Part shown: positions 17,109-24,510 of the stretch, piece after piece
How positions within the stretch are numbered: position 1 is the stretch's first letter
Layout: each line of letters starts with the position of its first letter
NCBI GenBank assembly: GCA_021789695.1
Contig: JAJYJH010000001.1
Coordinates: 325,346-389,345, forward strand
DNA: 64,000 nt
Source: a bacterium
GTDB taxonomy: Bacteria; Elusimicrobiota; Elusimicrobia; Elusimicrobiales; UBA9959
Direction: 5' to 3'
Notes under the pieces: generated by a model
Databases searched by the model: none
What the model was told of the DNA's origin: nothing
The model's input: the letters and a program-made list of their open reading frames with translations, nothing else
Translations under genes and position numbers: made by a program

Positions 17109-18320
17109 ATGTTTGATACCGGTAATACCGGGTTCATGCTCGTGTCGACAAGTCTCGTCATGCTCATGACCCCGGGCCTCGCGTTCTTCTACGGCGGTCT
17201 CGTCGGCCGCAAGAACGTCCTGGCGATAATGATACAGAGCTTCGTCTCGATGGGCGTCACCACCGTGCTATGGTACGCTTTCGGCTACTCACTGTGCTTC
17301 TCCGGCGGGCAGGGCGGCGTGATAGGCGACCTGCGCATGGCCTTCCTGCACGGAGTCAACGTGACGACGGCATTCTCGGGCTCGACCAGCATACCGCTGC
17401 TGGTCTTCTTCGCCTACCAGATGATGTTCGCCCAGATCACACCGGCGCTCATCACCGGCGCGTTCACGAACCGCATCAACTTCAAGGCCTACCTGATCTT
17501 CCTGGTGGGCTGGCTGATCTTCGTGTACTTTCCCCTCTGCCACATGGTCTGGGGCGGCGGGCTGTTCGCCGCGCACGGAGTACTGGACTTCGCCGGCGGT
17601 ATAGTGGTGCACGCCACCGCGGGCTTCGCGGCCCTCGCTTCCGTCTTTTTCGTCGGTAAGCGCAAGGTGGCGGATTCCGGCGCGCACAGCATCCCGCTGG
17701 TGGCGCTCGGCACCGGTCTGCTCTGGTTCGGCTGGTATGGATTCAATGCCGGCTCCGAGCTGCAGGTGAACGCGGTAACCTCGCTGGCGTTCGTCAACAC
17801 CGACGTGGCGGCCTCCTTCGCCGCGATAACCTGGCTGTTCATAGCCTGGTCGCTCGAGAAAAAACCCAAGTTCCTGGGCCTGCTGACCGGGTCTATAGCC
17901 GGCCTGGCGACGATAACCCCCGCGGCCGGCTACGTCACCACCAAAGCCGCGGTCGCAATCGGCATCCTGTCCAGCGTGGTCTGCTACATGGCCGTCAACA
18001 TGAAGAACAAGCTGGGATGGGATGACGCGCTGGACGTCTGGGGCGTACACGGCGTCGGCGGCGTGACGGGCGTGATACTGCTGGGTGTGTTCGCCACTAC
18101 GGCCGTCAACGCCAACGGCGCAAACGGCCTCTGGCACGGCAACGCGATGTTTTTCGCCAAGGAAGTGCTGGCGGTGGCCGCGACGGCCGCCTACGCCTTC
18201 CTGTTTTCGTACGGTATGCTCTTTGTCATCAACCTTTTCACCCCGGTCAAGACCGGAGAGAAGGAGGAGCAGCTCGGCCTCGACGAGGCCATCCACGGCG
18301 AGACAGCCTACCTGCACTAA
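17109..18320 (+). CDS. amtB: Ammonium transporter (Amt family)
   Basis: 403 aa, polytopic. It has MTPGLAFFYGGL, DFAGGIVVHATAGFAALA and WGVHGVGGVTG signatures. Confidence 0.95.
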   Translation: MFDTGNTGFMLVSTSLVMLMTPGLAFFYGGLVGRKNVLAIMIQSFVSMGVTTVLWYAFGYSLCFSGGQGGVIGDLRMAFLHGVNVTTAFSGSTSIPLLVFFAYQMMFAQITPALITGAFTNRINFKAYLIFLVGWLIFVYFPLCHMVWGGGLFAAHGVLDFAGGIVVHATAGFAALASVFFVGKRKVADSGAHSIPLVALGTGLLWFGWYGFNAGSELQVNAVTSLAFVNTDVAASFAAITWLFIAWSLEKKPKFLGLLTGSIAGLATITPAAGYVTTKAAVAIGILSSVVCYMAVNMKNKLGWDDALDVWGVHGVGGVTGVILLGVFATTAVNANGANGLWHGNAMFFAKEVLAVAATAAYAFLFSYGMLFVINLFTPVKTGEKEEQLGLDEAIHGETAYLH

Positions 18321-18331
18321 ACCTGCCATCG

Positions 18332-18366
18332 GCCCGCCCGGCGGTTTTCCGGGCGGGCTTTAATTT
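18332..18366 (+). terminator. Rho-independent terminator after amtB
   Basis: GCCCGCCCGG (18332-41), a 7-nt loop, CCGGGCGGGC (18349-58), then TTTAATTT. Confidence 0.8.
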
Positions 18367-18514
18367 GTATGGGCTATCAGGTTAAACTCTGGCTGTCGGC
18401 GCGTTCCGCGCCGGCGCGGATGCTCCGCCCGCCGCCCCTCCGAAACCGGACAGGGTCGCGCTCTATTCCAGGCGCTGCGGGAACGGCAGGACGTAAGGAC
18501 GAAAGTCACCGCGC

Positions 18515-19363
18515 CTAGTGGCGGGAAGGAGAGGTCCCGGACAGGGGCCACCGGCATTTCCCCCGCAGTGAGGAGTTCACCGTCAGCTCCGCTTTCGGAT
18601 AAGTGACGTGCGAGGGCGACCCGCCTTCGCGCAGAGCGGAGACCACCATGGCGGCCACTATGCCGGCCCCGGCCAAGTCCGGCGCGTAGGCGGCGGTGGC
18701 GCCGCGCTCGAGCAGTGCGCGCGTGGGCGCGTAGAACGGGATAGAGTTGTCGCAGGAAAAAGCCCCCAGCACCATAAGGCTGGTGTTGGTTATCAGAGCC
18801 GGGTCCGGCATCAGCCAGAAAGCGTCCATCCGCCCCATGAGGTGCCTCAGGCGCTTCGGGAAGGAATCCGGAGAGCTTAGCCGGGCGGAGATTATTACAA
18901 TGCCGAGTTTCCTACCGGCCCCCCGCAGTTCCTCCAGATAATATTCGCCTGGATAGACGTTCCAGAAGACCGCCAGCCGCTTAAGCCCCGGCTGCAGCGC
19001 CTTGAAGGCAGACAGCGCCTTGTCCGGGGAGGGCAGCAGTGAGATTTCGTACCACATCTGGCCGCGCAGGACCACGGGGGCCAGCGCGTATACGACGCGG
19101 GTTTCCGGGGGATAGCGCAGCGCGGCGGCCCTGGCCCCGAAAGTCGCGACATAGCGCAGGTCGTAAGGCACCGAAAAGGAAGGACTGGAGGCGTCGTAGA
19201 TATCCGGTGTGCCGTTGAGAGCCCCGGCGAAAGCGGAACACGCCTCGGAATAGGGGGCGTAATCGGACGAGACCACCGCCGCCAGCTCGGCCGCGCAAGC
19301 GCCTGCGGCCAGCCAAAGCTGTAGCGCGGCAAAAAGCAAAAGTTTTGAACGGCCGTTGTTCAT
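18515..19363 (-). CDS. Periplasmic substrate-binding-like protein (ABC_sub_bind-like by eye)
   Basis: Signal peptide MNNGRSKLLLFAALQLWLAAGACAA. The blocks LQPGLKRLAVFWN and MDAFWLMPDPALIT..IPFYAP..ERGATAAYAPD resemble the ABC_sub_bind family. It lies 7 nt downstream of the TonB-dependent receptor gene. Confidence 0.55.
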   Translation of the reverse strand: MNNGRSKLLLFAALQLWLAAGACAAELAAVVSSDYAPYSEACSAFAGALNGTPDIYDASSPSFSVPYDLRYVATFGARAAALRYPPETRVVYALAPVVLRGQMWYEISLLPSPDKALSAFKALQPGLKRLAVFWNVYPGEYYLEELRGAGRKLGIVIISARLSSPDSFPKRLRHLMGRMDAFWLMPDPALITNTSLMVLGAFSCDNSIPFYAPTRALLERGATAAYAPDLAGAGIVAAMVVSALREGGSPSHVTYPKAELTVNSSLRGKCRWPLSGTSPSRH

Positions 19364-19370
19364 CCCGGTC

Positions 19371-21551
19371 CTAGAAACTGTAAGAAGCTCCGCACGACAT
19401 GCCGAACGGGTCCTGCGGGGCGCCGGCCAGGTGGTCCGCCCCGCCGCCGTAGGCGGCGTTATAGTAGCGGCGGTCCAGCAGGTTGCTGATCTTCAGCCAG
19501 GCCGAGAAGCCGTTCCCCGCGGCGGACCGCACGGAGTACTTTAAATATAGGTCCGCCACCGCGAACGACGGCACCGGGGCCCCGTTCTGGTCCAGGCAGC
19601 GGGAGCGGTAAAGGGCTTTCGGCGTTATGGACCAGCGGCCGCGTATCAGCGACATACCGCCTTCGAGCGTTACACGGGAATTGAAAGGGATCGTGTCTCC
19701 GCGCAAGCGGCCGTCGGAATAGGTATAGGCCGCCCAGGGTTCTATACCCCACCGCCCGGAGCGGAAGGAGGCGTCGGCCTTCAGCGTAGCTCCGTACGTT
19801 TCCATGGTCCCGCGGTTTAGCGCCGTCTCTATGCTGGCCACCTCCACCCTATGGAAAGTGCCGGGACCAATCACCACGTCTTGGATAAGGTTCCTCACCT
19901 TGTTGTAGTACGGGTTAAGCGAGACGCGCAGGTCGTCGCCAAAGTCGTGCGCGACGGAAGCCTCTGCCGAACGCATCTGCTCCGGCTTCAGGTCCTCGTT
20001 GGGGACGTGGAAGAAATAGCTGTAATAGCCGGAAGGCGCGGTCGGCGAAGAGACGAAAGAGCCGAAGACCTTCTCCGAGTCGAACGGGGACGGGGCCAGG
20101 TAGGCCTCGCCGTAAAGCAGTTTTACCGTAGTCGCCTCGGAGCCGTCCGGATGCCACACCGCCCCCGCCCGCGGGTTCCAGGTTTCCCCGTAATTGGTAC
20201 TGTAGTCATAGCGCAGACCGATGGAGAAGACCGCGTCTCCGAGGCGGCGCTGCGCCCTGACGAAAGCGCCGGTATTGGCGTAACGGAGGGAATAGAAATC
20301 GACCGGGATGGTAGAGCCGGTATACACGAAACCCTGAGAATTGGGGCTTTCCTCCGTATTGAACTCGTGGTTCAAATCGGCGGTGTACGGCAAATCGGAA
20401 TTATACTGGTAACTCAACCCCAGCAGCACGGGTGTCTCTTCTGCGGCGTCGAAAGAGAAGGTTTCCTGCAGCGAGGCAGTCTGGGCAGAGGCGTACTTGT
20501 AGGCGTCCTGGTAGCCGGAGAAACTATTCACGAACCTGGAGTCGGGATCTATCTCGTAGTTATAAAAGGAGAACAGGCTTGTCAGCCGCCAGTCCTCCGC
20601 CGGAGAGGTGTAGACGTGGCGCCCGTAAAAGGTCCAGTAATCCGTGCCGAAGCGCGCGTCCTTGTCGTAAAGGGTCAATTCCGGCTTCACCCCGATAGAG
20701 GAGGAATGGGATTCCCCGCCTTTTATGACCCCAAGTTCCAGGTCCTCCAGGTCGGCCCGCGCGTAGAGGAAAGAGGAATCAGTGGCAGCGTCGTACGCCC
20801 TTACCGGGACGGACACAGTCGCCGGATTCCCGGGAGCCGTCTGCGCCAGGCCGCTCTGGTACTGGTCGTTGTACCAGGCGTAGTCGGAGCGGTAGAGCGA
20901 AGGGAGCTTGGGGTTGTCCGACGCCCGGGTGTCGAAAGTCACCGCGGCCGAGATCCCTCCCGGAGCGCGCTCCTCGCGCGCGGCCATGGCGGAAACGGAG
21001 ACGGAACGGGAAGCGAAGCTGCCGTAGGAGGCCGAGACGGCGGAGCGCCCGTAGCGGCGAGTGACGACATTGACCACCCCGCTGAAAGCGTCGGCCCCAT
21101 AAACGGCCGACATGGGCCCGAGCACTACCTCAACGCGCTCGGCGTCCTTCAGGGAGAACTGGCCGGCAAGGGACATCAGGTCCCCGGTCGGCGGGGACAC
21201 CCTCACTCCGTTATAGAGTATCACCAGGCGCTCGTTGCCGGAGATGCCGCGGACCGTCAACAAGTTGAGGCCTCGCACGTCGGAGTTGCGTTGCACCTGG
21301 AACTGCGGCATATCGTCGAGCAGATCCACGAGCGTCCCGTAGCCGCGCTTCTTGATAGTGTCCGCGGTCACAACGTAGGCCGTGGCCGCTGTGTCCGAGG
21401 GCTTCTCTTCCGTATAGGAAGCGGCGAGGAGCGGAGTGTCCATTATCTCCTGCAGCGAAGAACGGAAAAAATCTACTCCGCCGTCGTCGTTCTGCGCCGC
21501 TACAGGCGCCGGGGCCAGGAAAAGCCCTGCGGCCAGCAATATAAGTTTCAT
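19371..21551 (-). CDS. TonB-dependent outer membrane receptor
   Basis: 726 aa with a signal peptide, a plug region (VVTADTIKKRGYGTLVDLLDDMPQFQV), a long Tyr/Gly/Asp-rich barrel and a terminal ..GASYSF. Confidence 0.9.
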   Translation of the reverse strand: MKLILLAAGLFLAPAPVAAQNDDGGVDFFRSSLQEIMDTPLLAASYTEEKPSDTAATAYVVTADTIKKRGYGTLVDLLDDMPQFQVQRNSDVRGLNLLTVRGISGNERLVILYNGVRVSPPTGDLMSLAGQFSLKDAERVEVVLGPMSAVYGADAFSGVVNVVTRRYGRSAVSASYGSFASRSVSVSAMAAREERAPGGISAAVTFDTRASDNPKLPSLYRSDYAWYNDQYQSGLAQTAPGNPATVSVPVRAYDAATDSSFLYARADLEDLELGVIKGGESHSSSIGVKPELTLYDKDARFGTDYWTFYGRHVYTSPAEDWRLTSLFSFYNYEIDPDSRFVNSFSGYQDAYKYASAQTASLQETFSFDAAEETPVLLGLSYQYNSDLPYTADLNHEFNTEESPNSQGFVYTGSTIPVDFYSLRYANTGAFVRAQRRLGDAVFSIGLRYDYSTNYGETWNPRAGAVWHPDGSEATTVKLLYGEAYLAPSPFDSEKVFGSFVSSPTAPSGYYSYFFHVPNEDLKPEQMRSAEASVAHDFGDDLRVSLNPYYNKVRNLIQDVVIGPGTFHRVEVASIETALNRGTMETYGATLKADASFRSGRWGIEPWAAYTYSDGRLRGDTIPFNSRVTLEGGMSLIRGRWSITPKALYRSRCLDQNGAPVPSFAVADLYLKYSVRSAAGNGFSAWLKISNLLDRRYYNAAYGGGADHLAGAPQDPFGMSCGASYSF

Positions 21552-21684
21552 CCCCCCTCCGGAGATAGGCGCCCGTGCCGGGCGCTCAACAATGGCGCCA
21601 GTAGCACGGCGCGTATGACTGACTATAGCAAACCGGAGGCTTGCCGCGCCACCACAGCGAGCCGTGCGCAGCCAAGACGGAAAA

Positions 21685-21695
21685 TTTTGTATAAT
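21685..21695 (+). promoter_or_regulatory. Promoter core TTTTGTATAAT upstream of tRNA-Asn
   Basis: TATAAT at 21690-21695 lies 13 nt before the tRNA 5' end. The identical 11-mer recurs at 29401-29411. Confidence 0.5.
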
Positions 21696-21708
21696 AAGTT
21701 CACACCAT

Positions 21709-21780
21709 TCGCCGGTAGCTCAATGGTGGAGCATTCGGCTGTTAACCGAAGGGTTGCTGGTTCGAGTCCAGCCCGGCGAG
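21709..21780 (+). tRNA. tRNA-Asn (anticodon GTT)
   Basis: Hand-folded cloverleaf: acceptor TCGCCGG/CCGGCGA, D stem GCTC/GAGC, anticodon stem TTCGG/CCGAA with loop CTGTTAA, T arm GCTGG-TTCGAGT-CCAGC. CCA is not encoded. Confidence 0.9.
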
Positions 21781-21787
21781 CAGATTT

Positions 21788-21813
21788 AAAAAGGCCCACG
21801 AGCGGGCCTTTTT
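21788..21813. terminator. Hairpin terminator after tRNA-Asn
   Basis: AAAAAGGCCC-acgagc-GGGCCTTTTT. Confidence 0.8.
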
Positions 21814-21879
21814 AAATTTGGTCCCGTACCCGGCCGCCTCGAAGCAACATGACCGGTTATTGCCTTCCTTAATTTTTTG

Positions 21880-21885
21880 TAGAAT
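21880..21885 (+). promoter_or_regulatory. -10-like TAGAAT, 6 nt upstream of ATG 21892
   Basis: Sequence ttttgTAGAATatccccATG, with no SD. Confidence 0.45.
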
Positions 21886-21891
21886 ATCCCC

Positions 21892-22263
21892 ATGGAAAAC
21901 GACGTTCAGCAATACTACCAGTGCATACTGGATAATCTCACGGGCGGCCTTATCAGCGTCGACCTTGAGGGCACGGTCGTATATACGAATCCGATGGCGG
22001 GCAAGATCCTCCACCTGCCGGCGGAGGCTTCCCTCCGCGACCTGCACTATGAGAGCGCTTTCGAGGATTTTCCCGCCCTCAGAAACGTCATCCGCGAGGC
22101 GCTGGGGACCGGCAAATGCGTGCGCCGAGCGGAGATCTCCGTGATGCACGCCAATACGCCCCTGATAATAGGCTACAGCACGATGCCGGTCAAGAGCCAT
22201 GACGGGAAACAGCTCGGGGTCACCGTTATTTTTCAGGATATCTCTTTCGTCGGCAAAAAATAA
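21892..22263 (+). CDS. Stand-alone PAS domain protein
   Basis: 123 aa. YYQCILDNLTGGLISVDLEGTVVYTNPMAGKIL...IIGYSTMPVKSHDGKQLGVTVIFQDIS follows the PAS fold pattern. There is no output domain. Confidence 0.75.
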   Translation: MENDVQQYYQCILDNLTGGLISVDLEGTVVYTNPMAGKILHLPAEASLRDLHYESAFEDFPALRNVIREALGTGKCVRRAEISVMHANTPLIIGYSTMPVKSHDGKQLGVTVIFQDISFVGKK

Positions 22264-22264
22264 T

Positions 22265-22519
22265 ATGGCCAAGAAACACCGAAACGACAAGGAAGAAGCC
22301 AAGGCGCAGCCGTTCCAGCCTCCCCCGCCGCCCCCGGCGCGGGAAGAGGAGGACGTCCCCGCCTCCAGGATATGGGTTTTTTGGGGCGCCGTGGCGCTGA
22401 CCGTGATAACCGCCCGGGTCCTGGACCATTTCCTGGTCAACGTGCACGAAAGCATCATCGAGCGCTGGATCATGGTCGCCTTCGCGCTTTTCCTGGTCGT
22501 CTTCCTGAAGTTCCTCTGA
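22265..22519 (+). CDS. Small Pro-rich membrane protein (84 aa), hypothetical
   Basis: ATG 22265 comes 1 nt after the PAS stop (TAAtATG). A basic and Pro-rich head ([15 protein letters not shown]) is followed by two hydrophobic segments. The stop lies 2 nt before the cbpA ATG. Confidence 0.45.
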   Translation: MAKKHRNDKEEAKAQPFQPPPPPPAREEEDVPASRIWVFWGAVALTVITARVLDHFLVNVHESIIERWIMVAFALFLVVFLKFL

Positions 22520-22521
22520 AA

Positions 22522-23460
22522 ATGCCGGACTACATAGACTACTACTCCACACTTGGAGTACCGAAGAACGCCGGAGAAGGCGAGATCAAGTCGGCCTACC
22601 GCAAGTTGGCGCTCAAGCATCACCCCGACCGCAACCAGGGCAACAAGGCGGCCGAGGCAAAGTTCAAGGAAATAAACGAGGCCTACGAAGTTCTCTCCGA
22701 CCCCAAGAAGCGCAACCTATATGACCAGTACGGCAAGGATTGGCAGGCCGGCCAGGGAGGCTACCAGCCGCCGCCCGGGGGCTTCAGGCAGCAGCGCCAG
22801 CCCCCCCCGGGCGGCTTCCAGTACGGCTACCAGAGCGGTCCTGGCGGCGGTTTCGAGCAGTTCGGGGATTTCAGCGATTTCTTCAAGTCCATGTTCGGCG
22901 GCGCACAGGGCTTCGGAGGCAGGCAGGAGGAAGCCGGGCGTTCCAGCCTGGACATGGAGGCCGAGTTGCAACTGACCCTCGACGACCTGCTGCGCGGCGG
23001 ACACAAGCACCTTACCTTCAGCTACAGGGCCGGCCGCAGGACGGAGACCCGGGACATCAATGTCAAACTGCCGCGCGGCCTGCGCGACGGCGCCACCATA
23101 CGCCTGCGCGGCCAGGGCCGGGAATCAGTCGGGCGCGCAGGGGACCTCTATCTCAAGATACGTCTGCTTCCGGACCCCAGGTTCGAGACGGACGGGGACG
23201 ACCTCAGGATCAAAATGGACGTTTACCCGTGGGACGCCGCTCTCGGTTCCGAGATAGAAGTCCCTTCCCCGGAAGGCTCGGTGAAAGTCCGCCTGCCTGC
23301 CGGATCCGGTACTGGCCGTAGACTACGCATAGCCGGCCGGGGCCTTCCCCGAAAGGACGGCTCCCGCGGAGATCTCTACGCCGAGATAGCCCTTTCCCTC
23401 CCCTCCAAGCTCTCCCCCCAGCAGCAAGACCTCTTCCGCAAGCTCAAAGAAATAGAGTAA
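22522..23460 (+). CDS. cbpA: Curved-DNA-binding protein CbpA-type J-domain co-chaperone (no zinc finger)
   Basis: I trimmed the 22372 ORF to ATG 22522. It has a J domain [33 protein letters not shown], a G/F/P-rich linker, and DnaJ C-terminal domains without the CxxCxGxG repeats. Confidence 0.85.
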   Translation: MPDYIDYYSTLGVPKNAGEGEIKSAYRKLALKHHPDRNQGNKAAEAKFKEINEAYEVLSDPKKRNLYDQYGKDWQAGQGGYQPPPGGFRQQRQPPPGGFQYGYQSGPGGGFEQFGDFSDFFKSMFGGAQGFGGRQEEAGRSSLDMEAELQLTLDDLLRGGHKHLTFSYRAGRRTETRDINVKLPRGLRDGATIRLRGQGRESVGRAGDLYLKIRLLPDPRFETDGDDLRIKMDVYPWDAALGSEIEVPSPEGSVKVRLPAGSGTGRRLRIAGRGLPRKDGSRGDLYAEIALSLPSKLSPQQQDLFRKLKEIE

Positions 23461-23511
23461 AGCCGTATCCAGGACACGGCGCGCTACCTTCATGGGTCGC
23501 ATAATAACGAC

Positions 23512-23542
23512 CCCCCGGCGCCCTTGTTACGGGTGCCGGGGG
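23512..23542. terminator. GC-rich hairpin between convergent cbpA and the paralog pair
   Basis: CCCCCGGCGCCC-ttgttac-GGGTGCCGGGGG (12 bp including one G-U). A T-rich tail is present only on the minus strand (TCGTTATTAT). Confidence 0.5.
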
Positions 23543-23581
23543 TAAGGAGGAGTTCTCTTTATCCGCGGGCGCGGAGACAGC

Positions 23582-24484
23582 TTAGTTGAAGGACGCGGTG
23601 CTGATAGCCGTCGTTACGGCGTCCAGCTGGGCGCTGGTCTGCGCTTCCTTGGCGTTCTTGAACGGCGTGCCCATCTCCTGGATCAGGCCGTCGCCCTGCA
23701 CGTAGTAAATCGCCTTGGAGGTGATGTCCTTCAGCGCGGTGTGCACGGTCCAGGCGAGCTGTACCTGCATCGCGGCTACCGGGTCGGCGCTGGTGCCCAC
23801 GTTGGCTATCGTGGAATCCGGGACCATGGAAGTCAGGTTGACCTTGTAGCCCCAGGCTGTGGTAACGCTGAGCGGCTCTATGGTCACGCCGGTCAGGAAC
23901 TTGCCCTTGCCGTTGAGGTTGCCGCCGTAGGTATAGTCCACCTGGTAGATCACCTTGACCACCTCGGAGCCGAACCCGTTCTTCATGGAGAAGGCATAGC
24001 GCTTGGTGGCGGGCTGGTGCCAGCCCTGCAGCTGGGTCCAGTGCGTGGTGCCGTAGGGGACCGCGTTGGCGTAGTTGGTGTTGATGTTGACCACCGGCTG
24101 GTTCTGCTGGATGATGTTCCAGATCTTCTGCGCCAGGTTGACGATGTGGTCTACCGTGTCCACCGTACCGTTGATGTCGTGGATGACGTTGTCGAAGCTC
24201 GGCTGCGGGGCCGAGGGGGCCGGAGCGACGCCGGGGCCGGACGAAGGTGGCGGCGGGGCGGGCGGCAGCGGCGGGTTGATGACCGGGCCGGAGGTAGGCT
24301 TGGGCATCGCCCCCGGTATAGTGCCGTCGCCGGGGCGCCCGATGTCCCTGGACGTGACCTCCTGGATCATTATGGAGCCAGGGTCCACCGTGAAATACTT
24401 CTGCTGGTCCACATTGTCCGCTGCTACTACCTGGCCCGCGAAGAGGGCGCTTATGGCTGCGGCTGTTGCAAGCAGTTTCGTCAT
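23582..24484 (-). CDS. Secreted hypothetical protein, paralog A (Pro-rich linker)
   Basis: Signal peptide MTKLLATAAAISALFAGQVVAA and SD GGGAGGA. It has a linker NPPLPPAPPPPSSGPGVAPAPSAPQP and a core of about 170 aa that is about half identical to the upstream ORF. Confidence 0.7.
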   Translation of the reverse strand: MTKLLATAAAISALFAGQVVAADNVDQQKYFTVDPGSIMIQEVTSRDIGRPGDGTIPGAMPKPTSGPVINPPLPPAPPPPSSGPGVAPAPSAPQPSFDNVIHDINGTVDTVDHIVNLAQKIWNIIQQNQPVVNINTNYANAVPYGTTHWTQLQGWHQPATKRYAFSMKNGFGSEVVKVIYQVDYTYGGNLNGKGKFLTGVTIEPLSVTTAWGYKVNLTSMVPDSTIANVGTSADPVAAMQVQLAWTVHTALKDITSKAIYYVQGDGLIQEMGTPFKNAKEAQTSAQLDAVTTAISTASFN

Positions 24485-24510
24485 TTTTAGTTTCCTCCCT
24501 AATCAGTTCC

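Noticed and set aside
18360-18557. 65-aa minus-strand ORF in the amtB/binding-protein spacer
   Set aside because: It is Arg/Pro-rich, has no SD, overlaps the amtB terminator hairpin and overlaps the 3' end of the binding-protein gene out of frame.
21552-21700. Possible cobalamin riboswitch upstream of the TonB-dependent receptor
   Set aside because: I read the minus-strand leader and found no B12 box (GCCACTG-like) or AGGGAA-type core, only a short GC hairpin. An Rfam scan would settle it.
19851-21815. 654-aa plus-strand ORF
   Set aside because: It is antisense to the TonB-dependent receptor and runs through tRNA-Asn and its terminator. It has no motifs.
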